From contig CAWBYY010000011.1 in the NCBI GenBank assembly GCA_963793095.1, forward strand, positions 277,034 through 341,033: DNA of 64,000 nucleotides, given 5' to 3'. The notes under the pieces were generated by a model. That model saw nothing but the letters and a program-made list of their open reading frames with translations, searched no databases and was not told the DNA's origin. This DNA comes from an uncultured Chloroflexia bacterium (GTDB taxonomy: Bacteria > Chloroflexota > Anaerolineae > Anaerolineales > UBA4823). Positions 40,001 to 50,456 of the stretch are shown piece after piece. Position 1 is the stretch's first letter; each line of letters opens with the position of its first letter. Both the position numbers and the translations under genes were made by a program.

Positions 40001-41332
40001 ATGGAAGGAACAATTGCGCTCGATATTCTTGGTTTATTTGCCCTAGGGATTCTGGTGCTCTCCAATGCTTTCTTTGTGGCAGCGGAATTTTCACTGGTCA
40101 GTGTGCGCAGAACCCGGATAGCAGAACTTGTTGAAAACGGGAACACTGCAGCGGCTTCTGTGCAGCAGGCGATCAACAATCCCGACCGGGTGATCGCCGC
40201 TACCCAGCTGGGGATAACCCTCTCCAGCCTGGCGCTGGGTTGGATTGGCGAACCTGCCCTCAGCCATTTGCTTGATCCGCTGGTTTCGCTTTTACCAGAC
40301 CGGTTTCAATCCGGGTTTTCCCACGGCCTCTCCGCAGCGATCGCATTCACGATCATTACTTTTTTGCATGTGGTGGTCGGGGAGTTAATGCCGAAATCAA
40401 TCGCTTTACAGGACCCGGAAGGCACCTCCCTTGTCGTGGCCCGCCCTACGTTGTTTACAGAGAAGGTTTTTAAACCCGCCATCTGGGCATTAAACGGCAC
40501 CGGGAATTGGCTGCTTCGTTTAATAGGAATCCAACCCGCCGAAGGTCACAATCTTGTTCACTCCGTTGAAGAACTCAGGATGCTTGTAACCGCGAGTATG
40601 GAGGAGGGCGTTTTCCTGCAGGACGAAGGGGAAATGCTGCACGCGCTGTTTGATTTTGGCAGGCTGGTTGTCCGCCAGGTGATGATTCCACGAACGGAAA
40701 TGATCGCGGTGGAAGCGGATGTAAACCTGCAAGAAGTCATTGACCTGGTTGTGAAGTCCACCTTCACAAAATTTCCAGTCTACGATGACGACCTGGACAA
40801 TATCATTGGCATATTGCATATCAAAGACCTGTTGAACGCGCTGAGATCGGACCAGGCCGGAAGCTGGACCGGGCGTGATTTTTTGCGAGAGGCGCTGTTT
40901 GTCCCTGAGACGATTTCGGTCAACATGCTCCTGCGTCACTTTCGTGATAACCGCCAGCATATCGCAATTGTTCTGGACGAATACGGCGGGACAGCCGGGC
41001 TTGTGACCCTGGAGGATCTGGTGGAGGAAATCCTGGGCGAGGTCAGCGATCCATTTGATGTCGTCACCCCCGAAATCCAGGCCCAGCCGGATGGGTCGTT
41101 TTTGATCGATGGGCGGGCGCGGCTTGAGGAGGTTAACGAACATCTTGAACTGGCATTGAGCGAACCGAATTATGACACGATCGCCGGATATATCATGGGG
41201 AAATTAGGCCGTATGCCGCAACTGTATGATGAGGTAAAAGGAACGAATGTACGCATGCGGGTGGAAAAAATGGACGGTATGCGAATTGATAAGATATTGC
41301 TCTGGATTCTGGGAGAGAAACCAGGCAAATAA
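40001..41332 (+). CDS. CNNM/HlyC-CorC-family membrane protein (DUF21 + CBS pair + CorC_HlyC)
   Basis: 443 aa: N-terminal TM domain, central CBS region and a C-terminal transporter-associated domain. Confidence 0.85.
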   Translation: MEGTIALDILGLFALGILVLSNAFFVAAEFSLVSVRRTRIAELVENGNTAAASVQQAINNPDRVIAATQLGITLSSLALGWIGEPALSHLLDPLVSLLPDRFQSGFSHGLSAAIAFTIITFLHVVVGELMPKSIALQDPEGTSLVVARPTLFTEKVFKPAIWALNGTGNWLLRLIGIQPAEGHNLVHSVEELRMLVTASMEEGVFLQDEGEMLHALFDFGRLVVRQVMIPRTEMIAVEADVNLQEVIDLVVKSTFTKFPVYDDDLDNIIGILHIKDLLNALRSDQAGSWTGRDFLREALFVPETISVNMLLRHFRDNRQHIAIVLDEYGGTAGLVTLEDLVEEILGEVSDPFDVVTPEIQAQPDGSFLIDGRARLEEVNEHLELALSEPNYDTIAGYIMGKLGRMPQLYDEVKGTNVRMRVEKMDGMRIDKILLWILGEKPGK

Positions 41333-41409
41333 TAATCCCTTTATCTCCCTGAGGCGATAACGGGAAGCATGCGGGTTCAGCCCAACGGAATCGAGTAATT
41401 TATTAACTA

Positions 41410-43929
41410 ATGACAGTTTATGTTGAAATAGCCGTCAATATCCCGCAGGTGACGGGTGCATTTCATTATCATTTGCCAGCCGGGCTGGAAGGCGTGGTCC
41501 AGGCAGGCCATCTGGTGGTTGTGCCCTTTGGAAGACAGCGTGTCCAGGGAGTGGTTCTGCGGCAGATTGACCAGCCTGAAGTATCCGAAACGCGCGCGGT
41601 GATTGAGCTGGTAGACCCGGATGCGGTCCTGACCCAGGCTCAGCTTAAACTGGCGAGATACCTCTCAGACCAGTTTTTGGCACCGGTCGCATCCTGTGTG
41701 GCGTTGATGCTGCCCCCGGGGCTCTCCCAACATGCGGACGTGGTTTATTCAGTGCAGGCCCAGGACTTTAGAAAATTGACCCGCAGCCAGGAGCAGTTGC
41801 TGAACTTACTCGAACGCAGGGGGGCCCTGCGGGGGTCGCAGATCGACCATCATTTAAAACACACCAACTGGAGGGCGAGCGCTCGTTCGCTGGCCAAAAA
41901 AGGGTTGATCGTCACCCATTCAACATTACCCCCGCCGAAGGTCAGGCCAAAAAGAGTCCGTACCGTCCGGCTTACATGCTCCCCCCAGCAAGCTGTTGAC
42001 GCTATGCCCGGCTTGGCAAAAGAGGGCACAATAACTCTTCAGCGCAGGCAGGCAGCCCTGCGGTTTATCATCCGGGAAGCAGGTCCTGTAGATGTATCCA
42101 GAGTGTATTCCAGCAGCGAGGCGAATCTGGCTGACCTGCGGAAATTAGAAAAGCTCGGCCTGGTTGCGATCGGAGAGCAGCAAGTCTGGCGTGATCCCTT
42201 GGATAGTTATTTGTTTGTGCCGGATGAACCACCGCAGCTAACCGCAGACCAGGGTAAAGTTTGGGTTGAAATTGAAGCGAGCCTGCGCGCTGCGTACGCT
42301 GGAGTTGAGACGAAACCGCTGCTGCTGCACGGAGTCACCGGGTCCGGCAAGACGGAGATTTACCTGAAAGCCGTCGAACAGGTGGTCGAGGCGGGCAGGC
42401 AGGCTATTGTACTGGTTCCGGAGATCTCGCTCACACCCCAAACAGTTAAACGGTTTCTGAACCGGTTTCCGGGACTGGTAGGTTTGATCCATTCCCGTTT
42501 GTCAGCGGGAGAACGATATGATACTTGGCGCAGGGTGCGGATCGGAGAACTGAAAATTGTGGTCGGCCCGCGCAGCGCACTTTTTGTGCCCTTCTTAAAC
42601 CCCGGGATAATTATCCTGGATGAATGCCACGACGATTCCTATTACCAATCAGAACCGCTTCCGTATTACCAGACCAGGCTTGCAGCGGTAGAATACGCTG
42701 GATACTGCGGCGCAGTCTGCCTGATGGGATCGGCCACTCCCAATGTCTCCAGCATTCAAACCTGCCAAAAAGGCAATTGGACTTATCTGGAACTGCCCAG
42801 GCGTATTCTGGCTCACAGGGCGGCTGTAACTTCCCAGCTTGAAAGACTTGGTAAAACAGGCAGCCATTTTTACCCGCTGGAAGGCCAGGCGCAGGCCGCT
42901 GACCTGCCGCATGTATCGGTTGTTGATATGCGCCAGGAGTTAAGACAGGGCAACCGCTCGATATTCAGCCGGGAGCTGTCCGCTTCCCTTGAACGGGTGA
43001 TTTCAGCCGGTCAGCAGGCGATTCTGTTCCTCAACCGGCGCGGGTCAGCCACTTATGTTTTCTGCCGCGACTGCGGTTTTTCACTGAAATGCCCTCGCTG
43101 CGATACACCGCTGATTTTTCATACTGCCGGGAAGGAAAACCTGGTCTGCCACCGCTGCGGTTACCGGCGGAATATGCCCCGCAGGTGCCCCCAGTGCGGG
43201 AGCGCCAGGATCCGCCAATACGGGACCGGCACCCAGAAGGTGGAGGTTGAAGTTCAGAGACTTTTTCCCGGAGCGCTAACTATTCGCTGGGACCACGAAA
43301 CCACCCGCAAAAAAGGTGCCCACGAATTTATCCTGGAAGAATTTATCAGCCGGAGGGCAAATATCCTGATTGGGACCCAGATGCTTGCCAAAGGCCTGGA
43401 CCTGCCGTTTGTCACCCTGGTGGGAATCATCCTTGCGGATGTTGGTTTAAACCTGCCCGATTACCGGGCGGGCGAGCGGACCTTCCAGGTGCTCACCCAG
43501 GTGGCAGGCCGGGCGGGAAGGAGTCCGCTCGGGGGAGAGGTCATCCTGCAGACATTTCAACCGGGACATTATGTAATCCAGGCGGCTTCACAACATGATT
43601 ACGAACAATTCTCCAGGCAGGAATTGGAGTACAGGCGCAGTCTGGCCTACCCGCCATTCACCAACCTGGTGAGGATGGAATTTCGCCACAATAATTTTGA
43701 AGTAGCCAAGGGAGAATCCGGGCGAATGGCCGCTGCTTTACAGAGGTTAATTGAAACGGAAGGCCGCCGGGCTACCAGCCTGATTGGACCGGCGCCCTGT
43801 TTCTTCTCCAGGATCGGCGGCCGATACCGCTGGCAGATAATTCTAAAGGGTCCGGACCCGGTTTCGCTTTTGAAAGGCGGCGGTTTTGGCGCCTGGAAGA
43901 TCGAATTGAACCCGCCTTCACTGTTGTGA
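41410..43929 (+). CDS. priA: Primosomal protein N' (replication restart helicase)
   Basis: 839 aa: Walker A GVTGSGKTE, DECHD, Cys4-Cys4 zinc region CRDCG..CPRCD..CHRCG..CPQCG. Confidence 0.95.
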   Translation: MTVYVEIAVNIPQVTGAFHYHLPAGLEGVVQAGHLVVVPFGRQRVQGVVLRQIDQPEVSETRAVIELVDPDAVLTQAQLKLARYLSDQFLAPVASCVALMLPPGLSQHADVVYSVQAQDFRKLTRSQEQLLNLLERRGALRGSQIDHHLKHTNWRASARSLAKKGLIVTHSTLPPPKVRPKRVRTVRLTCSPQQAVDAMPGLAKEGTITLQRRQAALRFIIREAGPVDVSRVYSSSEANLADLRKLEKLGLVAIGEQQVWRDPLDSYLFVPDEPPQLTADQGKVWVEIEASLRAAYAGVETKPLLLHGVTGSGKTEIYLKAVEQVVEAGRQAIVLVPEISLTPQTVKRFLNRFPGLVGLIHSRLSAGERYDTWRRVRIGELKIVVGPRSALFVPFLNPGIIILDECHDDSYYQSEPLPYYQTRLAAVEYAGYCGAVCLMGSATPNVSSIQTCQKGNWTYLELPRRILAHRAAVTSQLERLGKTGSHFYPLEGQAQAADLPHVSVVDMRQELRQGNRSIFSRELSASLERVISAGQQAILFLNRRGSATYVFCRDCGFSLKCPRCDTPLIFHTAGKENLVCHRCGYRRNMPRRCPQCGSARIRQYGTGTQKVEVEVQRLFPGALTIRWDHETTRKKGAHEFILEEFISRRANILIGTQMLAKGLDLPFVTLVGIILADVGLNLPDYRAGERTFQVLTQVAGRAGRSPLGGEVILQTFQPGHYVIQAASQHDYEQFSRQELEYRRSLAYPPFTNLVRMEFRHNNFEVAKGESGRMAAALQRLIETEGRRATSLIGPAPCFFSRIGGRYRWQIILKGPDPVSLLKGGGFGAWKIELNPPSLL

Positions 43930-44093
43930 AGCTGTCCCCTGGTTGTAATAGGGGGATAAATTCAAACACCAAGAGGACTGTTCTCTTGCTATAATTACGG
44001 GAATACTTTTTTGGGCGCAATGAGGTTTTGCCAGCTTAAACCGGCGGGGCATCGGGAGTTATGCCCCAGATGAATTGACAGCAGGAGTTCACC

Positions 44094-44600
44094 ATGCAGC
44101 CTTTACGAAACGAGGTTATATCATGGGATGATGTGGACAAGCTGATTGACCACCTGGTTCCCCAATTCGAGCAGGAATTTGAAGCGATGGTTATGATCAC
44201 ACGCGGCGGGATAATACCCGGCGGGATGCTGGCTGAATCGATGGGTATTACCCATATCCTGACCGCTGCAGTAGATTTTCCAGCTCAAATGGAAAAGGAA
44301 AGAGGCAAGTTAATGGCCTGGCCCGAATTTATCCAGTTTCCAGGAGAGGATGTGCTGCGGGCTCGCAAGACCCTGGTTGTCGATGATGTTTGGGGATCAG
44401 GCAGGACGATAACATCCGTAAAAATCAAAGTATCCGCGGCGGGAGGCTTTCCATACACCTGCGTACTGCACTTCAATCCTTACCGCAACCTGTTTAGCTC
44501 AGCCCGGCCGGATTATTATGCCGCTATCACCGACGCCCATATTATTTATCCCTGGGAGATCGACCGCGGCCCCGACAGGGTTAAACTGGGCGAATTTTGA
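44094..44600 (+). CDS. Purine phosphoribosyltransferase (Gpt-like)
   Basis: PRPP-binding motif LVVDDVWGSGRT. Confidence 0.75.
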   Translation: MQPLRNEVISWDDVDKLIDHLVPQFEQEFEAMVMITRGGIIPGGMLAESMGITHILTAAVDFPAQMEKERGKLMAWPEFIQFPGEDVLRARKTLVVDDVWGSGRTITSVKIKVSAAGGFPYTCVLHFNPYRNLFSSARPDYYAAITDAHIIYPWEIDRGPDRVKLGEF

Positions 44601-44667
44601 GGGCAGATTTTCGTGTTTTACTTGCCGGGTATTCCGAAATTCGATTTCTACCTGAAAACAATGTGAT

Positions 44668-46290
44668 TTACAGGGTCGATATCGCTGAAGCGAGGTTGCG
44701 CCTGAATTCCGGCTGGACGAATTTCGCCCAGGCTTCAGGGAAAGTTGACAGCAGCCTGTCGCGTTCTTCAATTTTATATACAAGGTAAGATTCAATACCC
44801 TCCAGGGGTATCCCCTCTTTTTTAATAGCCTTATTACCCAGAAACTTTCCCAGGAGTTCAATCGCGACCTGGGCATCTACCAGATCGCCGAGGTGGTCCT
44901 GCATTTGTTTAAACTGGTCGATTAATTCTTTTGATTCCGGGCCCAGGACCTCCCGGAAGTACTCGACCGTGTAGCGCAATTTCTTAATTTCCAGGCGGAG
45001 CGCGTGGAGAAGGTCTAAGTCAGCATCTTCAATAAAGGGGTCGAATGAGCGCACGACCGCCAGCCGCTCGTAGATCAGAACAGGAGCCAGCTCGGTGACC
45101 GTCCTTGGAAAGGGGATATCCGTTCGCATCTTGCGGACACCCGCCCCAGGCGTCTTGAGAAAGATATTGAATTTGCGCTTGAAGTCAGAGTAGTCTTCGC
45201 TGTCCAGATACTCAAGCATCTCGGCGCGAGCAGACTGGCGCTGGTTGCGCCAGGATTCCAGGAGTGGGTCCAGATCCGATTTTGCCTCATCGGGCAGCGA
45301 ATCCAGGTAAACCTGGGATTTCTCCATAAAAACATCCAGGTCCCTGACACTGCCAAGTTTGCGTCCGGTCGACCTGAGCCCTTTTAAATGGGGTTTTAAG
45401 GAGCCGGGTTTAAAAGCGGTTGCGAATACTTCAAAAGCCGCCCGCAGGCGCCGGGTGGCAACCCGCATATCATGAAGCCCTTCGATGTCTTCCCCTAATC
45501 TTGTGGCTTCTTCGTGGCTGAGCATCGCTGCGAACTGGTAGCTCATAATTTTACGTCCGGCTTCAGCAAGCTGGTCGCCTGATTCGACCCCGGGATTTTC
45601 CATCGGTTTCGGAAAGGGCACCATTTTGGTTGCGGCTTCCTCCACTTCCATCACCTTTATCTTTGGAAAACCGATCTTGAACCACAATCTGGCGCTCTGC
45701 TGGGCTTCTGCTGCATCAGCCGTCGCCTCAGGTCCTTCCACGACTATCCAGATTCCATTTCTGGACGATTCAATATGGATAATGCTTGTGCTCTGGGTGC
45801 CGCAGAAGTTCAAGCCCTCCGCTATACAAAGAAGGGCGCTGATTGTCTGAGCTTCACGCTGTTGAATTGGGGAGAGATTCAGATTATTCAAATCCTTGCG
45901 TTTAACATTCCCCTGCTGGATGGCGATAACCGCAGCGAGCACATTCAATTCATCCCGCGATAGTTCCCGGTCTATATTTTCAGATACAAACAGCTTGATG
46001 TCTTTGAACGGGTTTTTCTTCTTGCCTGGAAGCGGGCTGTCGAATAAAAGGCAGGCATACCCCAGGATTACCCGGGAGCTGTCCTCCAATTCGTGAAGAG
46101 GCCTTGTGCGCTCAAAAAGGGTTAGAGCCTGTTCTTTTATATATTCGTTGTTTGGCGAGCTTGGTATTGTTGGCTCCCGATACACTAATTCCTGAGTTAC
46201 AGCGGATACATCTTCCTGGGGTGCTGAGCTCTCAGGACTTTGGGTAGCCTCTTCAAATTCCTCTTGGGAGTTTATTTTATCTTCATCCAT
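44668..46290 (-). CDS. CHAD-domain protein
   Basis: C-terminal half has CHAD-type helical repeats (HDMRVATRRLRAAFEVF, LGSVRDLDV, LHALRLEIKKLRY). The N-terminal 250 aa are unassigned. Confidence 0.75.
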   Translation of the reverse strand: MDEDKINSQEEFEEATQSPESSAPQEDVSAVTQELVYREPTIPSSPNNEYIKEQALTLFERTRPLHELEDSSRVILGYACLLFDSPLPGKKKNPFKDIKLFVSENIDRELSRDELNVLAAVIAIQQGNVKRKDLNNLNLSPIQQREAQTISALLCIAEGLNFCGTQSTSIIHIESSRNGIWIVVEGPEATADAAEAQQSARLWFKIGFPKIKVMEVEEAATKMVPFPKPMENPGVESGDQLAEAGRKIMSYQFAAMLSHEEATRLGEDIEGLHDMRVATRRLRAAFEVFATAFKPGSLKPHLKGLRSTGRKLGSVRDLDVFMEKSQVYLDSLPDEAKSDLDPLLESWRNQRQSARAEMLEYLDSEDYSDFKRKFNIFLKTPGAGVRKMRTDIPFPRTVTELAPVLIYERLAVVRSFDPFIEDADLDLLHALRLEIKKLRYTVEYFREVLGPESKELIDQFKQMQDHLGDLVDAQVAIELLGKFLGNKAIKKEGIPLEGIESYLVYKIEERDRLLSTFPEAWAKFVQPEFRRNLASAISTL

Positions 46291-46420
46291 GGCTCTTTGG
46301 TCAATTCCTTCCCGGATAAGCTATTCTTTTAGTTGTGGCCAACTTTTATTATATATTGTTTCTGGATCGAATTGAAGAAAATTAAGGAAATCGAATAGTT
46401 AAAGAAAACCGGATTTTGCT

Positions 46421-48574
46421 TCATTCCCCGTAAGTTTTTCTGTGCCAGTCGATCAACCAGGTCTGGACATCCAACGGCGTCTCACCATCTTTCGGATTGA
46501 TAAAGGTGTAAGTCCCATCCGGATTCATACTGCGCACCTTCCGGTTGGCGATAAAGTAAGCGTCCAGCACTTCGGAATGCAGGTAATGAATAAGGCGCGC
46601 ATCCTGGACCGGGAAGAGTACCTCAACCCGGCGGTTGATATTGCGCGGCATCAAGTCCGCGCTGCCCAGGTAAATTTGCGGCTCTCCGCCGTTGCGGAAA
46701 TAATAAATGCGGCTGTGCTCCAGAAAGCGGCCGACCACACTGGTCACCCGAATATTATCGCTAATCCCCCTGACTCCCGGTCTAAGGCAGCAGATGCCGC
46801 GTACGATCAGATCAATTTTTACTCCAGCCTGAGAGGCTGTATAAAGATTGCGGATGATGCGTGGATCCACCAGGGCGTTCATCTTGAAAATCAGGTGCCC
46901 TTCCTCTCCGTTTCTGGTGTGCAGGATCTCGCGTTCGATCAACCATTCCATCTTTTCACGCAGGTTTATCGGGGCGACCAGCAGTTTGCGGTATTCCTGC
47001 TTGGCAGAATAACCGGTGAGGTAGTTGAACAGGTCGGTCGCATCCGCGCCGATGTCCTCGTCACAGGTGAACATGCCAATGTCTTCATAAAGCTGGGCAG
47101 TGATGGCGTTGTAGTTGCCGGTCGCCAAGTGGACATAACGGCGGATATGCTCTCCTTCTTTGCGGATAACCAGGGCGATTTTTGAATGCGTTTTTAATCC
47201 CAGCAACCCGTAAATAACATGGACACCCTCTTTCTCCAGCATCCTGGCCCAGCCGATATTGCTCTCTTCGTCAAAGCGGGCTTTTAACTCGACCAGAACC
47301 GCGACCTGCTTGCCATGCTCGCGCGCTTCCATTAATGTTTTGACGACCGGCGAGTTGCTGCCAACCCGGTAAAGGGTCTGCTTGATCGCCAGCACATTGG
47401 GATCGCGGGAAGCGGTTTTCAGGTAGTCAACAACCGGTTGGAAGGAATGGTAGGGGTGGTGGACCAGGATATCTTCGCGGCGCATCGTCAAAAAAATATT
47501 ACTGTCATGAAGTTCGTGTCTCAAAAGGGGTTGGATTACCTGTTTTAATGGAGGATCCTTTAAATCGTACCGGTCTATTTTGTGCAGGATTATCAAGCCG
47601 CCCAGACCCAGATGGCCATTAAGATTGTAGATATCGTTGCGGTCGATGGCGAGGTTTTCAATCAGGATCTCGCGTACATGGGAGGGCATGGCGTCGTTAA
47701 ATGCAAGGCGCACCACTGAGCCAAATCGCCGCTGGCGGACGCTTTGCTCCATGGTCTCCAGTAAGTCGGAGGCTTCCAGTTCCTGGATAACCATATCCGC
47801 ATCGCGCGTGACCCGGAACGGGTGCGATTCAACGATCTCCATACCCGGAAAGAGTTTTTCCAGGTTTGCAGCGATCAGCTCTTCCAGCCAGATGAAGTAG
47901 TGGTTAAACGGCGTGGTGCCATTTTTTCTAACCGCTCCAGAGGATCTTTTTATGGGAATCAGGCGCGGCAGGCTGGTCGGCATTTTTATCCGGGCGAAAT
48001 GTTCCTGCCCGGATTCATCCCGGATCACAACCGCCAGGTTTAAACTGAGATTGGATATATGCGGAAATGGGTGACCCGGATCAAAGGCAAGAGGGGTCAG
48101 GACAGGAAAAATGACCTCCTCAAAATAAGTATCGACATTTTCCCTCTGGCGGCTGCTCAGCGCATCATAGTCCAGCAGGTGGATCCCGTTTTCATCGAGC
48201 TGCGGGATGAGTTTTTCCTGCAGACATACTCTGGCTTCAATCATCAAGTCCAGCGCAACCCTGCGGATTTCAGCCAGCTGTTGTGCTGGAGTCATCCCGT
48301 CAGCCGGGACGTCGATAACACCGGCCGCAATCTGCTTTTTTAACCCGGCCACCCGGACCATAAAGAATTCATCCAGGTTGGATCCCAGAATTGAAATGAA
48401 CTTCACTCTCTCCAGCAGAGAGTTGCTCTCATCCTGGGCTTCCTGCAGCACCCGGCGCTGGAATTCGAGCAGTCCCAGCTCGCGGTTCACATAAAGCTGG
48501 GGGTCCATCAGGTCTGGCAAGTCGCTGGTCTCAATTTGATCAACAGTTATTTCGCTCATGCGTGCTTCCAACAA
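46421..48574 (-). CDS. ppk: Polyphosphate kinase 1
   Basis: 717 aa with the PPK1 N/H/C1/C2 layout (NLDEFFMVR, THSKIALV). The start may be the ATG at 48559. Confidence 0.95.
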   Translation of the reverse strand: MLEARMSEITVDQIETSDLPDLMDPQLYVNRELGLLEFQRRVLQEAQDESNSLLERVKFISILGSNLDEFFMVRVAGLKKQIAAGVIDVPADGMTPAQQLAEIRRVALDLMIEARVCLQEKLIPQLDENGIHLLDYDALSSRQRENVDTYFEEVIFPVLTPLAFDPGHPFPHISNLSLNLAVVIRDESGQEHFARIKMPTSLPRLIPIKRSSGAVRKNGTTPFNHYFIWLEELIAANLEKLFPGMEIVESHPFRVTRDADMVIQELEASDLLETMEQSVRQRRFGSVVRLAFNDAMPSHVREILIENLAIDRNDIYNLNGHLGLGGLIILHKIDRYDLKDPPLKQVIQPLLRHELHDSNIFLTMRREDILVHHPYHSFQPVVDYLKTASRDPNVLAIKQTLYRVGSNSPVVKTLMEAREHGKQVAVLVELKARFDEESNIGWARMLEKEGVHVIYGLLGLKTHSKIALVIRKEGEHIRRYVHLATGNYNAITAQLYEDIGMFTCDEDIGADATDLFNYLTGYSAKQEYRKLLVAPINLREKMEWLIEREILHTRNGEEGHLIFKMNALVDPRIIRNLYTASQAGVKIDLIVRGICCLRPGVRGISDNIRVTSVVGRFLEHSRIYYFRNGGEPQIYLGSADLMPRNINRRVEVLFPVQDARLIHYLHSEVLDAYFIANRKVRSMNPDGTYTFINPKDGETPLDVQTWLIDWHRKTYGE

Positions 48575-48612
48575 GAACTTTCTCGATTGTCAAAGATAGG
48601 GAGAAATTTCTT

Positions 48613-49386
48613 TTACTTTTTCTCCTTCTTTTTCTTTTCAGCGCTTTTCAGGTTGCGTTTTTCTCTTTTGAACGGGTCGGTTTCGAGTTCAAGGATAAAT
48701 TTGTCGACGATGGTTCTCAGAATCTTTATGCGGGCATAATATTTTGAATCGCCCTCGACCACAGTCCAGGGCGCGGTGATCGTGCTGGTTTTAAGCAGCA
48801 TCTCATTGACCGCGGCTTCATACTGATCCCATTTTTCCCGGTTGCGCCAATCTTCATCGGTAAGCTTCCAGGCTTTAAGTTTGTCCACATTGCGGGCTTC
48901 AAACCGCCTCAGTTGTTCTTCCTTGCTGATTTGCAGCCAGAATTTAAACAGGATTGTCCCAAAGTCGACAAGCTGGCGTTCAAAATAGTTGATCTCGCGG
49001 TAGGCGCGTTTCCATTCCTTTTCGGTGCAGAAACCTTCGATTCTTTCGACCATCACCCGCCCGTACCAGCTGCGGTCAAATATGGCGATTTGACCGGTCT
49101 CCGGCAGCCGGCGCCAGAAACGCCACAGGTAATGGCGCACAGCCGAATCGCCTTTTGGAGCCGCAATCGGGTATACCACAAAACCACGCGGGTCAATTTT
49201 CTCCGTAATCCTGCGGATCGCGCCGCCCTTACCGGCCGCATCCCATCCTTCGAACACGATTATCACCGGACGCTCCTGGACATATACCTGGTAAGCCAGT
49301 TCGTGCAGGGCGACCTGATACTTGATCAGTGAGGTTTTATATTCTTCATGCTCCAGAGCTGGCGAGAGGTCGATTGTTTGCAGCAT
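48613..49386 (-). CDS. Polyphosphate kinase 2 family protein with a Lys-rich C-terminal tail
   Basis: FEGWDAAGKGG P-loop, DRSWYGRV. Tail KREKRNLKSAEKKKKEKK. Confidence 0.9.
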   Translation of the reverse strand: MLQTIDLSPALEHEEYKTSLIKYQVALHELAYQVYVQERPVIIVFEGWDAAGKGGAIRRITEKIDPRGFVVYPIAAPKGDSAVRHYLWRFWRRLPETGQIAIFDRSWYGRVMVERIEGFCTEKEWKRAYREINYFERQLVDFGTILFKFWLQISKEEQLRRFEARNVDKLKAWKLTDEDWRNREKWDQYEAAVNEMLLKTSTITAPWTVVEGDSKYYARIKILRTIVDKFILELETDPFKREKRNLKSAEKKKKEKK

Positions 49387-49387
49387 T

Positions 49388-50209
49388 TTATTCTCCGGAT
49401 GTCACTTCAGCTTGCTCTTCTTCCACCCTCCATTCTGGCTGGGAAGCATGTTCTTCGGAAACCGGCGTGGTTTTTGGCGTTAGTTCTAAGGGTTCGGATT
49501 CCAATCCGAGAGCAGGTTCGAGGGCGTTTATCACTGTTTTATAAATTTTGACCCAGGTATGGCGGCGATCGGTCGCCTCCACGATAGTCCAGGGGCCCCA
49601 TTCAGTTTCGGTTCTCTCAAAAGCCTCTTCGTATGCCAGGGTCCACTCGTCATAATTGCGGTGGTGCTCCCAGTCCTCGGCTGTGACATGCCAGGCGGTC
49701 AGGGGGTCTTTGGTCAATTTTTTGAAACGGCGTTTCTGTTCCTCCCTGCTGATGTGCAGGAAAAATTTGATGATCAGGTACCCGTCGTCGGCCAGCGTGC
49801 GTTCGAAGTCAACGATATCCCGGTAAGCCCGGCGCCATTCCCGTTCCGGTATGAGGTTCTCAACCCTTTCAACCAGAACACGCCCGTACCACGAGCGGTC
49901 GAAAATCACCCATTCACCCAGCCTGGGTATTTTCAACCAGAAACGCCATAACCAGGGCCTTTTTTTCTCATACGTGCGGGCAGCCCGGATGGGATAGAGT
50001 TTGTAGCCGCGCGGGTCGAGATGCTGGGTCAGTTTCTGGATGGAAGTCCCTTTCCCGGCGGCATCCCATCCTTCAAACAGGATAATCACCGGTATATTCG
50101 CGTCCCAGGACAATTTCTGGATCGTATAAAGGCGGTTGGCAAGCGTTGGCATGATTTGTTTGTAGGTCGCCTTCTCGATCTTCTGGTTCAGATCAATTTT
50201 GTCCAGCAT
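49388..50209 (-). CDS. Polyphosphate kinase 2 family protein
   Basis: FEGWDAAGKGT P-loop, DRSWYGRV. 1-nt spacer to the next PPK2 gene. Confidence 0.9.
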   Translation of the reverse strand: MLDKIDLNQKIEKATYKQIMPTLANRLYTIQKLSWDANIPVIILFEGWDAAGKGTSIQKLTQHLDPRGYKLYPIRAARTYEKKRPWLWRFWLKIPRLGEWVIFDRSWYGRVLVERVENLIPEREWRRAYRDIVDFERTLADDGYLIIKFFLHISREEQKRRFKKLTKDPLTAWHVTAEDWEHHRNYDEWTLAYEEAFERTETEWGPWTIVEATDRRHTWVKIYKTVINALEPALGLESEPLELTPKTTPVSEEHASQPEWRVEEEQAEVTSGE

Positions 50210-50456
50210 GAATAGCTTTTCCTTTTAAATCGAACGGGTAATTTTTTAAATGTATATTTTCGCGTAAAGCGGGCGTTTTGTAAATAACCCATTAATTGGA
50301 CGGTTTATTATTGTAACTGATTAACCGAATATCCCCCTTGAATAAACGCTTAAATAAGCCAGATTAACCGTTTGAGCTGGGTGGGTGGGGGAGGCTCACA
50401 TTCTTTGATACTGGAATCACCGGATTTTTTCAGTGAGAAATTCCGAAGCGTTGGCG

